Of a stretch of DNA of 64,000 nt, positions 34,178 to 43,389 are shown in pieces (position 1 is the stretch's first letter; the number at the start of each line of letters is the position of its first letter). The position numbers and the translations under genes are program-made. Origin of the DNA: a virus; the IMG/VR virus record IMGVR_UViG_3300003316_000080, positions 3,483 to 67,482 of that record. The stretch is one strand, 5' to 3'. The notes under the pieces are model-generated. The model saw nothing but the letters and a program-made list of their open reading frames with translations. It ran no database searches and was not told the DNA's origin.

Positions 34178-34372
34178 ATGACTGAACTGACACGTGTCCG
34201 CAACGAAGAACGATGCAAGGCTGTGCCGGGCGCGTACATCACTGATGACGGACACGTGCTTGTGGACAGCACCAACGCAACGTCACCACTTGAAGTGCTG
34301 TGCGCGATCGCAGTGCTGGTGACTGCAAGGACAATGCGTCGGATGAAACACCCGCCCGTGCCGACACGATGA
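34178..34372 (+). CDS. hypothetical small protein
   Basis: GGAGG RBS; ATGA overlap with downstream HNH gene. Confidence 0.35.
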   Translation: MTELTRVRNEERCKAVPGAYITDDGHVLVDSTNATSPLEVLCAIAVLVTARTMRRMKHPPVPTR

Positions 34373-34824
34373 AGCTCACCAAGAAACAACGTGAAGCCCT
34401 TAAACAGAAGTTCGGGGGCTTTTGTGCATATTGCGGCTGCAAACTTGGTGAGCGCTGGCAGGCGGATCACATACAGGCCGTTCAGCGCAGTGTGCAGGGA
34501 CATTGGGTGCGCCAAGACCCTAGCAAGCGCTGGTCGCCGATGGTGTTCAAGCGCACCGGCGTCACTGTGGGTCGGCCGGAACTGGACATCCTTGACAATC
34601 TTGCACCAGCGTGCGGACCTTGCAACGGCGATAAGTCCGATATGGACCTAGAGACGTGGCGCCATCGCCTCTCTCAAACATTGACCGTGCTGGGCAACAA
34701 CTACGGTCGGTACAAAGACGCCCTGCGCTTCGGGTTGATCGTCGAAACCCCCAAGCCCATAGAATTCCACTTCGAGCGGTGGCAACGGACCCCGCGCCGC
34801 CAACTGAAAGAGGACACCCTATGA
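34369..34824 (+). CDS. HNH endonuclease (packaging-associated position)
   Basis: CAYCGCKLGERWQADHIQAV...NLAPACGPCNGDK; immediately upstream of portal. Confidence 0.75.
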   Translation: MKLTKKQREALKQKFGGFCAYCGCKLGERWQADHIQAVQRSVQGHWVRQDPSKRWSPMVFKRTGVTVGRPELDILDNLAPACGPCNGDKSDMDLETWRHRLSQTLTVLGNNYGRYKDALRFGLIVETPKPIEFHFERWQRTPRRQLKEDTL

Positions 34825-36383
34825 GCAACAAGGTATCCGTGCGCGCTGCCAAGCAAGCTGCCGTCCGGGAGGACACGCGGGCCCGTAAACAACTTACTGG
34901 TGATGCTCAGCCACAGCTAGGTGCAGTCACCACGATCGACAGCTTCCAGAACCTCGCTCATCGTCTGGGCGTCGGTGCGGATAACGTGCTGTCCTACGGC
35001 TCATATGCCTTCAACCCCCTCACACGCAACCGCGTGCTGCTGGAGTGGATCCACCGGGGCTCGTGGATCGGCGGGCAGGCGATCGACATCATCCCGGAGG
35101 ACATGACGAAGAACGGGATTGAGATCGAAGGCGAGATGGACCCGGCTGATGTGCAGCACATCGAGCGCATCGCCACTGCAACTGATGTGTGGGGGCAGAT
35201 CAACGAAACGCTGCAGTGGGGACGCCTGTACGGTGGCGCTATCTGTGTGGCGCTGATCGACGGACAGGATCTGCGCACGCCCCTCAATCTCGATACCGTC
35301 GGCACTGGGCAGTTCAAGGGCCTGCTGACGCTGGACCGGTGGATGGTGGAACCTACACTGGAAGACCTCGTGACGGAGATGGGCCCTCATCTGGGTCTGC
35401 CGAAGTACTACCGCGTCAACGACAGTGCCCCGGCCCTGCGTGGCCGTGTCGTGCACTACACGCGTGTGATGGTGCGGCATACGGGCATCAAGTTGCCGTA
35501 CCAGCAGCGCCTGCAAGAGAACCTGTGGGGCATCTCGGAACTGGAGCGCCTGTATGACCGCATGCTGGCCTTCGACACAGCCACCATGGGCGCAGCACAA
35601 CTCGTGTCCAAGGCGTTCTTGCGCACGCTGTCGGTGGAGAACCTGCGCGATGTGGTCGCTGCTGGTGGCAAGCCTCAAGCAGGTCTGTACAGCTACGTCG
35701 AGATGATGAGGCGCTTCCAGGGCGTAGAAGGCATCACGCTGATCGACGCCAAAGACAAGTTCGAGGCACAGGCAGGCGCCCTCACCGGCATGACGGGCAT
35801 CAAGGAAGTGCTGCTGAGCCTTGCTGAGCAACTCGGCGGCGCGCTGCAGATGCCACTGACGCGATTGCTGGGCCAGTCGCCTGGTGGCCTGAACAGTGAC
35901 GGCGACGGCGAGATGCAGACGTACTACAGCGGCATCAAGCGGCGCCAGGAAAGAGATCTGCGCTTCGGCGTCAACACGATTTATCACCTGATCGCACGCT
36001 CGATCGGCATCAAGATTTCTGACGACGTCAACATCAGTTTCTGCGATCTGTTCGAGCAGTCTGACGACAAGAAGTCGGATATCGCCACGAAGACGGCGAC
36101 GGCAGTCACGGAAGCCTATGACGCCGGCTTGATCAATCAGCAGGTCGCTATGAAGGAACTGCGTCAGTCCTCGCGCCGTACTGGTCTCTTCTCCAATATC
36201 ACCGCCGAGATGATCGAGAACGCAGACGAAGAGATCCAGGCGCCCGGCATCGAGGAACTGCAAGCGGCCATGAAGGCTGGAGGTACGGAAGATGGCAACA
36301 ACACCCCGCCGAATGGGCAGCAGCAAGAGAAGCCGGTGGGAGCCGAAAAGACACCTCGCAAACAGCTACTACAAGCAACTTGA
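34821..36383 (+). CDS. portal protein
   Basis: AAGAGGA RBS; ~520 aa acidic protein between packaging and head-morphogenesis genes. Confidence 0.65.
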   Translation: MSNKVSVRAAKQAAVREDTRARKQLTGDAQPQLGAVTTIDSFQNLAHRLGVGADNVLSYGSYAFNPLTRNRVLLEWIHRGSWIGGQAIDIIPEDMTKNGIEIEGEMDPADVQHIERIATATDVWGQINETLQWGRLYGGAICVALIDGQDLRTPLNLDTVGTGQFKGLLTLDRWMVEPTLEDLVTEMGPHLGLPKYYRVNDSAPALRGRVVHYTRVMVRHTGIKLPYQQRLQENLWGISELERLYDRMLAFDTATMGAAQLVSKAFLRTLSVENLRDVVAAGGKPQAGLYSYVEMMRRFQGVEGITLIDAKDKFEAQAGALTGMTGIKEVLLSLAEQLGGALQMPLTRLLGQSPGGLNSDGDGEMQTYYSGIKRRQERDLRFGVNTIYHLIARSIGIKISDDVNISFCDLFEQSDDKKSDIATKTATAVTEAYDAGLINQQVAMKELRQSSRRTGLFSNITAEMIENADEEIQAPGIEELQAAMKAGGTEDGNNTPPNGQQQEKPVGAEKTPRKQLLQAT

Positions 36384-37065
36384 GCAGATCGTCAGGGTCG
36401 TGCGCCAGTTGATCACTGGCATCGATCCTGACGGCGATCTGAGGCTTGCTGGTGAGGTGTCGCGGGCGCTGACCACCTACGCTCAGGTGCTCACGCCCTG
36501 GGCAGAGGCTGTGGCCGGCCAGATGATTGCTCAGGTCGCACAGTCCAACTGGAACCAATGGGACCAGTGGATGAACCACAGTCGTGACATCAGCCGGGCC
36601 CTGAAGCACGAAATCGAGTTCGCTCCTACGGGTGTCACGCTGCGTGCGCTGCAGGCTGAGCAGGTCAAACTGATCAAGTCCCTGCCCCTCGATGCAGCAG
36701 AGCGTGTACAGGATCTCGCACTGGGCAATCTGTACTCTGGTGAGCGCGCAGACGTGCTGCGTAAGCATTTACTGGAGACATCAGAGATCACAGAGAACCG
36801 GGCCAAGTTGATCGCTCGCACGGAGACATCTCGTGTGCACACCAATCTGATCAAGGCACGTGCTGAATACGCGGGGTCAGTGGGCTTTATCTGGCGCACC
36901 AGTCGTGACGGCGATGTGAGGCACTCTCACAAGGAGCAAGAAGGCAAGTTCTTCCAGTGGGATAACCCGCCCAAAACCGATGCTGGATTGGCCCCATACG
37001 TTGCAGGCGCAGGTCCGAACTGCAGATGCTGGCCTCAGCCAGTGTGGCCTGACGACGATGACTGA
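36292..37065 (+). CDS. head morphogenesis protein (Mu gpF / SPP1 gp7-like)
   Basis: C-terminal RTETSR...GFIWRTSRDGDVRHSH...PNCRCW motif; start uncertain. Confidence 0.65.
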   Translation: MATTPRRMGSSKRSRWEPKRHLANSYYKQLEQIVRVVRQLITGIDPDGDLRLAGEVSRALTTYAQVLTPWAEAVAGQMIAQVAQSNWNQWDQWMNHSRDISRALKHEIEFAPTGVTLRALQAEQVKLIKSLPLDAAERVQDLALGNLYSGERADVLRKHLLETSEITENRAKLIARTETSRVHTNLIKARAEYAGSVGFIWRTSRDGDVRHSHKEQEGKFFQWDNPPKTDAGLAPYVAGAGPNCRCWPQPVWPDDDD

Positions 37066-37139
37066 TACACTGGCGGCGCCTGCGGTGGTCTGAACAGCGC
37101 CGCAGGCTGTTTGTCTCCAATGTGGCTAATCACCACTTC

Positions 37140-37170
37140 AGCCCGGTGCAACACACCGGGCTTTTTCTTT
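37140..37170 (+). terminator. rho-independent terminator
   Basis: AGCCCGGTG...CACCGGGCT stem followed by TTTTTCTTT. Confidence 0.5.
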
Positions 37171-37255
37171 GCTACGATGCTTACGCTTTCACGAGCAGAC
37201 TCCGAGAGAAGGGGAATAGACGTGAACCGGGGCCGATACCGGTGATCGTCGGCTA

Positions 37256-37342
37256 GGGCCGGTTGACACGTGGGGTCACCGGCCCTTGTTTTATGTTCTC
37301 GCGGGATATCTATAATCCCTGCCACCAGTAAAAAGATTCAGG
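37256..37342 (+). promoter_or_regulatory. hairpin plus promoter-like region upstream of head genes
   Basis: GGGCCGGT/ACCGGCCC hairpin containing TTGACA, then TATAAT (37311-37316), then CCAGTAAAAAGATTCAGG (37325-37342). Confidence 0.4.
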
Positions 37343-37353
37343 AAGCTCCCTAC

Positions 37354-38853
37354 ATGAAGCTCTTGGTCAAATCCTCTTGGTGGAGGTCACTTGTGACACG
37401 AAAACGAGTTCGCACCATTGACCGCGCTGCCGGGGATTTCCACACTCCCCTGCAACTAGGCCCGAAGCGCCGTATGACGCCGGAAGGCTTCCTACTCTGT
37501 GAAGACGTCCCCATTGGACGCACAGGTGAACTGCTCTATGCAGCTGGTGAAGTTCCGGTGGAACCTGACCGGCGCGGTCTCATCACCATCACCCGGGATG
37601 CCGCCGCCCTCTTCCACCCCGACACGATCGCCAGTTTCAACGGCAAGCCGGTTACCGACAATCACCCGCCCGGTATGGAGGTAAGCCCGGACAACTACCT
37701 GATGTACGGCAAAGGCTTCACGGTGAATGCCCGCCGTGGTGAAGGTGAGTACAGCGACTGCATCGTGGCAGACCTACTCATCATGGATAAGCACACCATC
37801 GCGAAGATCATCGCGGGGAAGGTCGAAGTCTCGTCGGGATACAAGGCAGACTACGAAGACAACGGCGGCGGCTTCGGCCGTCAAATCGCCATCCTGGGCA
37901 ATCATGTAGCGCTGGTCGATAAAGGTCGCTGTGGCCCGCGCTGTGCTATCGGCGACCATGACACCACTGAAGGAGAAGAGGAAATGCCAACACCGAACGC
38001 CAAACCGGCGAACAAGGGTCAGCGTGCGCAACTGCTCGCACACGCGCTCAAGGCTGCTCTGACCGCCGACGAGGCGGGCGAGTTGGCCGATCAACTGGCC
38101 GGCGACAACGCGGGTGATCCCGTCGACGGCGCCACCCACATCCATTTCCACAGCAGCGGCGCCACGCTGAGCCCCACGGGCGCTGACGGCGGCGCTGCCT
38201 CGAAGACCGGCACCACGACCGGCGACGAGCGCATGGACAAGCTGGAGAAGATCGTCGGCGACATGGGCACCACGCTCAAGACTGTCGGCGATTCCGTCGC
38301 TGAACTCATGAAGAAGTTCGGCGGCCCCGGTGGCGACAGCGCCGCGACGACCGAAGAAGACGGCAAGAAGACGGGCGACGAAGGCTCCGGCGAGGATGAC
38401 AAGTCCAAGACGGGCGATTCCGCCGCTCTGGCGACCAGCTATGCCAAGCTGGCCCAGGACTGCGAGATTCTCGTGCCGGGCTTCAAGCCGCCGACGCTGG
38501 ACACCAAGGCCAAGCGCAGCGCTACCGTGGACAGCATGTGCGCGATCCGTCGCAACGCGCTGGGCCACTTCGCGATGGCTCCCGGTGCCGCCCAGGTGAT
38601 CCAGGCCGCGTCGGGTGATGCCCAGTTCAACGTGGCAACCGCCGACTGCGCCACCGTCGCTGAGGTGTTCAGCGCCTCGGTGATGGCGAAGCGGATGGCG
38701 AACAACCAAGCCGCCACCGGTGACGCTGCCAAGATCCCGGCGCTGCTCAAGCCTGTCGGTGTCTCGTCGTCTGGCGCTCCGGCGTCCCTGAGCCCTGCTG
38801 ACCTCAACAAGCAGTACTCGGACTTCTGGGCCAAGCAGAACCGCATGAACTGA
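37354..38853 (+). CDS. prohead protease / scaffold-like protein
   Basis: AGGAAG RBS; N-terminal EGFLLCEDVPIGRTGELLY resembles phage prohead protease (XkdF/DUF2213-like); Gly/Asp/Thr-rich C-terminus. Confidence 0.5.
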   Translation: MKLLVKSSWWRSLVTRKRVRTIDRAAGDFHTPLQLGPKRRMTPEGFLLCEDVPIGRTGELLYAAGEVPVEPDRRGLITITRDAAALFHPDTIASFNGKPVTDNHPPGMEVSPDNYLMYGKGFTVNARRGEGEYSDCIVADLLIMDKHTIAKIIAGKVEVSSGYKADYEDNGGGFGRQIAILGNHVALVDKGRCGPRCAIGDHDTTEGEEEMPTPNAKPANKGQRAQLLAHALKAALTADEAGELADQLAGDNAGDPVDGATHIHFHSSGATLSPTGADGGAASKTGTTTGDERMDKLEKIVGDMGTTLKTVGDSVAELMKKFGGPGGDSAATTEEDGKKTGDEGSGEDDKSKTGDSAALATSYAKLAQDCEILVPGFKPPTLDTKAKRSATVDSMCAIRRNALGHFAMAPGAAQVIQAASGDAQFNVATADCATVAEVFSASVMAKRMANNQAATGDAAKIPALLKPVGVSSSGAPASLSPADLNKQYSDFWAKQNRMN

Positions 38854-38854
38854 A

Positions 38855-38872
38855 GCAGTAAACAGTTACTGC
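38855..38872 (+). promoter_or_regulatory. perfect palindrome GCAGTAAACAGTTACTGC
   Basis: Sits 1 nt after the protease/scaffold stop and upstream of 38899. Confidence 0.45.
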
Positions 38873-38898
38873 AACACCTTCAACTCCAAGGAACCGAA

Positions 38899-39594
38899 AT
38901 GAAAAACGTGCTCAAGCGCTTCGACGCGATCCTGCTGGTGGGTCTGGCCGCCGTCGTTGCGACCATTTCCACCGTTGTGCAGACGGTGGCCGGCTTCGCT
39001 GCCTACGTCGTCCACACCCTGAAGGAAACCGGCCTGCGCATCGTGTGCGGCCCGCAAGTCTCCCTGACCCCGACTGGCGATGTCGCCATCACCTACCGCA
39101 TGGGTGGCGGCACCCCCGGTGACGTGAACCGCACTCATCCGTTCTCTGTGCTGCCCTGCCTGATGGACGCGGCCAACCCGGTGCTGTTCTACGGTGATGC
39201 TGTCTTCGTCGGCACTGCCTCGAACGTGCGTCGTGTGGCGACCACCGACGGTTCTGCGACGGCTGGTCCGCTGTACGGTGTGGCGGCCCGTCCGTACCCG
39301 ATCCAGCAGACCAGCGGCGGCATGTCGTCGTCGTTTGGCGTGGCCCCTGTGTCGTCCAATCAACCGCTCGACGTGGTGCGCCAAGGCTTCGTGATCGTGA
39401 AGCTGCCTGCTGGCGCTGTCGTCAAGAAGGGTGATCCGGTGCAAGTGTGGGCGGCTGCTTCGGCGGGTGCCAACGTGCAAGGTCAGTTCGTCGCTGCGGC
39501 GTCGGGCACCAACACTTTCACCGCGACCAACGCGAAGTACAACGGCCCGGCCGATGCCGACGGCAACGTCGAAATCGAAATCTGGGCCGCCTGA
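38899..39594 (+). CDS. hypothetical head protein
   Basis: AAGGAA RBS; between protease/scaffold and major capsid. Confidence 0.45.
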   Translation: MKNVLKRFDAILLVGLAAVVATISTVVQTVAGFAAYVVHTLKETGLRIVCGPQVSLTPTGDVAITYRMGGGTPGDVNRTHPFSVLPCLMDAANPVLFYGDAVFVGTASNVRRVATTDGSATAGPLYGVAARPYPIQQTSGGMSSSFGVAPVSSNQPLDVVRQGFVIVKLPAGAVVKKGDPVQVWAAASAGANVQGQFVAAASGTNTFTATNAKYNGPADADGNVEIEIWAA

Positions 39595-39635
39595 TCCGCC
39601 TCGGCGTCACCTCAGCAACTACCAAGGAATCCATC

Positions 39636-40856
39636 ATGAAATTCCCGAAGATCTTCACGCCGAAGCGCTCCATCGTGCGCGTGGTGCGTGGTCACATGAC
39701 TGGCGACAACGGCAGCGCCCTTGCGGCACTGCTGGCCGGCGCCGGTCACAACACCTTCGACGCCAACGCGGTCGGCGCGCTGCTGGCCGCTCCGACGGCC
39801 TCGATCGATCTGTACGGCAACCAGCGCGGCCACACCCTGCAACACCCGGTGCAGATCAAGACCGCTGACGGCCAGATGCGCACGGTCGACTCGACCGGCG
39901 CCTTCATGGTCGGTGAGCTGGAGCGCCTCGACCCGACCATGAACATGCCGCTGGTCGACGTGTCATGGTCGCGTGACATCGACCTGCGCGAAGACGTGTC
40001 GCTGGCCGACGAACTGTCGTCGTACACGCTGAGCCAGATCGCGGCGGCTGGTGGCCTCGCTGCCGGCGCCGGCATCCGCAACGGTAAGGCGTGGATCGGT
40101 AAGGTGTCCAACCAGATCGGCGGCGTGTCCGTCGACATCTCGAAGATCACCAACCCGCTGACGCTCTGGGGCATGGAAGTCAAGTACTCCATCCCGGAAC
40201 TGGAGAGCGCCGCGCGCGCCGGTCGTCCGATCGATGAACAGAAGCTGGAGGGCCTGCGCCTGAAGCAGCAGATGGACGTCGACGAGCAGGTCTACGTGGG
40301 TGACGCCCAGATCAACGTGGGCGGCCTGTGCAACCACTCGCTGGTCACCAACGTCGCCAACCTGCCCAACGGTGCGGGCGGCTCGCCGCGCTGGTCCCTG
40401 AAGACGGCCGATGAGATCCTGACGGACGTCAACGCGATCCTGACCTCCGCGTGGCGCGCGTCAGGCTACGCGCAGATCCCCAACCGCCTGCTGCTGCCGC
40501 CCACCGTGTTCGGCATGCTGACGACCCGGATCGTGTCGTCTGCCGGCTCCGTCTCGATCCTGCGGTACCTGCTGGAGAACAACATTCTTACCAAGCAGGG
40601 CAAGGGTGATCTGGAGATCTTCCCGGTCAAGTGGCTGGTCGGCTGCGGCGTCGGCGGCACCATCGGCACGGAAGGCGGTGTCGACCGCATGGTGGCGTAC
40701 CGCAAGGACAAGCGTCTGGTGCGCTTCCCCATGACCGGCCTGCAGCGCACCCCGGTGCAGTTCTCGTCGATCTACCACAGCACGACGTACTTCAACCGCC
40801 TCGGCGTCGTCGAGTTCGTCTACCCGGAGACGGCGGCCTACAGAGACGGTCTCTAA
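39636..40856 (+). CDS. major capsid protein
   Basis: AAGGAA RBS; ~406 aa; follows protease/scaffold as in XkdF/XkdG-type head modules. Confidence 0.6.
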   Translation: MKFPKIFTPKRSIVRVVRGHMTGDNGSALAALLAGAGHNTFDANAVGALLAAPTASIDLYGNQRGHTLQHPVQIKTADGQMRTVDSTGAFMVGELERLDPTMNMPLVDVSWSRDIDLREDVSLADELSSYTLSQIAAAGGLAAGAGIRNGKAWIGKVSNQIGGVSVDISKITNPLTLWGMEVKYSIPELESAARAGRPIDEQKLEGLRLKQQMDVDEQVYVGDAQINVGGLCNHSLVTNVANLPNGAGGSPRWSLKTADEILTDVNAILTSAWRASGYAQIPNRLLLPPTVFGMLTTRIVSSAGSVSILRYLLENNILTKQGKGDLEIFPVKWLVGCGVGGTIGTEGGVDRMVAYRKDKRLVRFPMTGLQRTPVQFSSIYHSTTYFNRLGVVEFVYPETAAYRDGL

Positions 40857-40877
40857 TGTGAATTCATAGTGTACCAT

Positions 40878-40903
40878 GGGGACCTTTTCACAAGGAGGTC
40901 CCC
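40878..40903 (+). promoter_or_regulatory. hairpin sequestering the RBS of the GIY-YIG gene
   Basis: GGGGACC...GGTCCCC stem; 3' arm contains the AAGGAGG RBS, ends at the ATG. Confidence 0.45.
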
Positions 40904-41569
40904 ATGGACACAAGAGTTCGCAAGGTTTACGCGTTGATGGACCCACGTGGGGCTGTAACCAGCGTCCGATATGTCGGGTGCACGCTTCAGAAGATTCTGA
41001 ACAGGTTGCAGTCCCACATTTACGAAGCAGAGACGAGTCCTGATGTCACACCAAAGCTTGTGTGGTTGCGAGCGCTGGCCGACGCGGGTTTAAAGCCTCT
41101 GATCGTGCACTTGGAAACAGTGGCACCTGAAGACGACTGGCAAGAGCGTGAGAAGTACTGGATCGCGAAATACAGCGGACCTGAATTGCTCAACACAACG
41201 ACAGGTGGTATCGGGGCACAGGGTTTAGCCCAAGATGTTCGTGATCGAATTTCGGAAGCGCTGCGCGGTCGTAGCCTGAGTGAAGAGCACAAAGCAAAGC
41301 TACGGAAGAACGCAGCAGAGAACCCATACAAGCACACAGAAGAAGCGAAGCGCGCTATCTCGGAGTCCAAGAAAGGTCTGAAGTTAGGACCCTTGTCCAA
41401 CGAAGCCAAGCAGAAACTGCGTGATGCCATGGGCTCTCTGGTGTGGATCACCAACGGGCGGGAAAACCGACGTGTGAAAGCAGATGCCATTCCGGCTGGG
41501 TGGCAGAAGGGGCGAGCCCCAAAGGACCAGCCAAAGCAATCACGCCGCGTACTTCGCGACGACCTTTAA
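40904..41569 (+). CDS. GIY-YIG homing endonuclease with NUMOD3-like repeats
   Basis: KVYALMDPRGAVTSVRYVGCT (GIY-YIG); C-terminal repeats HKAKLRK, EEAKRAISESKKG, NEAKQKLRDAMG. Confidence 0.8.
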   Translation: MDTRVRKVYALMDPRGAVTSVRYVGCTLQKILNRLQSHIYEAETSPDVTPKLVWLRALADAGLKPLIVHLETVAPEDDWQEREKYWIAKYSGPELLNTTTGGIGAQGLAQDVRDRISEALRGRSLSEEHKAKLRKNAAENPYKHTEEAKRAISESKKGLKLGPLSNEAKQKLRDAMGSLVWITNGRENRRVKADAIPAGWQKGRAPKDQPKQSRRVLRDDL

Positions 41570-41585
41570 CCCAAGGAGAGCCGAA

Positions 41586-41873
41586 ATGGCAAAAGCCCCG
41601 ACGAACACCAACAAGTCGACGAAGTCCACGGCGCGCAACACGCTGCTGACCACGGACAAGTCGCCGATTCCGCAGCCGGAAGGCCATGGCCCGACGGAGA
41701 CGGAGAAGCTGGCCGCTGAAGACAAGGTGCGTGTCTTCGTGCCCAAGGCGTTCAAGATCACGCTGGACGATGGCGACATGGTCGACATCGCGGCCGGTGA
41801 ACAGAAGATGCCCAAGTCGCTCGCCGAGCACTGGTACTCCAAGGTCAACGGCGTCGAGATCGCTGAAGACTGA
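41586..41873 (+). CDS. hypothetical head protein
   Basis: AAGGAGA RBS. Confidence 0.45.
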   Translation: MAKAPTNTNKSTKSTARNTLLTTDKSPIPQPEGHGPTETEKLAAEDKVRVFVPKAFKITLDDGDMVDIAAGEQKMPKSLAEHWYSKVNGVEIAED

Positions 41874-41902
41874 GGACACGTCGCACTGCTGCAGGAGATC
41901 GT

Positions 41903-42373
41903 ATGGACTGCTCTACCTCGGATGTGGTTGTCACGGTGACGGGCTTTCGGGAGACGTTTCCCGAGTTCGTCAACGACGTGGCGTACCCGGCGTACATGAT
42001 CGAGCCGCTGCTGACACTGAACAAGCAGCTGGTGAACCAAGCGCGCTTCGGGGATCTGACGGCCTACATGATCTACCTGCGCACTGCGCACATGCTGGTG
42101 ATCCAGAAGCAAAGCATGAACGCGGCGGCACGCGGGGGTGTGCCGGGGATGTCGGTCGGACCCATGAGCAGCAAAGGCGCTGAAGGCATGTCGGCTTCGT
42201 ATGAGGTCGGTGCCGTCATGGAAGACGGTGCGGGATGGTGGAATGGCACCGTCTACGGCCGTATGTGGTGGTCGTACAAGAACCTGTTTGGCGCAGGTCC
42301 CATGCAGGTCGGTGGCCCCGGTCCTGCTGTGCTGACGGCGTGGCCGGGCCCAGGTGGTTTCTTCCCTGTGTGA
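41903..42373 (+). CDS. hypothetical head-tail joining protein
   Basis: GCAGGAG RBS; position between capsid and tail genes. Confidence 0.45.
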   Translation: MDCSTSDVVVTVTGFRETFPEFVNDVAYPAYMIEPLLTLNKQLVNQARFGDLTAYMIYLRTAHMLVIQKQSMNAAARGGVPGMSVGPMSSKGAEGMSASYEVGAVMEDGAGWWNGTVYGRMWWSYKNLFGAGPMQVGGPGPAVLTAWPGPGGFFPV

Positions 42374-42379
42374 GGCCAC

Positions 42380-42979
42380 ATGGCAAACAGCAAACGCGAT
42401 GTGCCCAAGGAGTTACCCTCGTCCCTGAGTGTCACCAAAGACAACATGGCGGCGCTCTTCAGTGGACTCTCGCGTCTGGTGAGCCGTGAGGTGCTGGTGG
42501 GCTTTCCCGAGGGGGAAGACAACGAGCGCAAGCCTGAGCCTGGTGAGCCCGAAGGTCTGACCAACGCGGCACTGGGCTACATCCACGACAACGGATCTGA
42601 AGACGCACATATCCCTGCGCGTCCGTTCATGGTGCCCGGTCTGGAGTCTGTGAAGGAAGAGACTTCCAGCGCACTGGGCGGCGCTGCACGTGTAGCTCTG
42701 TCGGCGCGCGGGGGTGATGCTGTCGAGCAGCGTCTGCACCGTGCCGGCAGCATCGCAGCCAACGGTATCAAGGCCAAGGTCAATGAAGGTGTGCCCCCTC
42801 CACTTGCAGACGCCACCGTGCGTGCACGTGCTCGTCGCGGCCGCAAGGGCGCCAAGGAGGAATTGGAGCGCCGCAGTCAAGGTGAAGCCCCCGGCACTGA
42901 TCTCGCGAAGCCCTTGGTCGACACAGCCCAGATGCGCAACGCGATCACCTACGCAATCCGCAACAGGGAGGCCGAATAA
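42380..42979 (+). CDS. hypothetical neck protein
   Basis: Tightly packed, position. Confidence 0.45.
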   Translation: MANSKRDVPKELPSSLSVTKDNMAALFSGLSRLVSREVLVGFPEGEDNERKPEPGEPEGLTNAALGYIHDNGSEDAHIPARPFMVPGLESVKEETSSALGGAARVALSARGGDAVEQRLHRAGSIAANGIKAKVNEGVPPPLADATVRARARRGRKGAKEELERRSQGEAPGTDLAKPLVDTAQMRNAITYAIRNREAE

Positions 42980-43389
42980 TGGGCACCTTGGACATGACCG
43001 ACGTGTTTATGTCGGAAGAGTTCTGCGATGACGCGGGCTTCTACGTCATTCAGCGCTTCGAGACGATCAACGACAAGGGACGCAGTGTCGTCAACGAAGT
43101 GCGCACGGGGCCTCACTTCGGAACGTGTGTCTACGGCAAGATGCCAACCAGCCGGGCTGAAGATCACCAATCGACGTGGGCACCTCTGATCATCATCACG
43201 CAGTTCCAGCTGAATGGCGCGTCTGAGGGCCGCCAGCCTGATCAAGTCGAATACAACGGGCGTCTGCACACGCTGATCGAGGTCAAGCCCTACGACCGCT
43301 TCGGGCAGGGCTTCTGCCGCGCAATCTTGGTGGTGCAGCAGTCCAACACACCGCCCACACAACAGCCAGGGGAAGATGATGGCGAGTGA
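42979..43389 (+). CDS. hypothetical neck protein
   Basis: ATG overlaps upstream stop. Confidence 0.45.
   Translation: MGTLDMTDVFMSEEFCDDAGFYVIQRFETINDKGRSVVNEVRTGPHFGTCVYGKMPTSRAEDHQSTWAPLIIITQFQLNGASEGRQPDQVEYNGRLHTLIEVKPYDRFGQGFCRAILVVQQSNTPPTQQPGEDDGE

Noticed and set aside
35001-36326. 441-aa ORF on the minus strand
   Set aside because: Antisense to the portal gene; no independent support.
37066-37353. Possible tRNA in the portal-to-head intergenic region
   Set aside because: No cloverleaf with T-loop GTTCRANYC-type sequence could be recognised by eye; the hairpins look like terminators.
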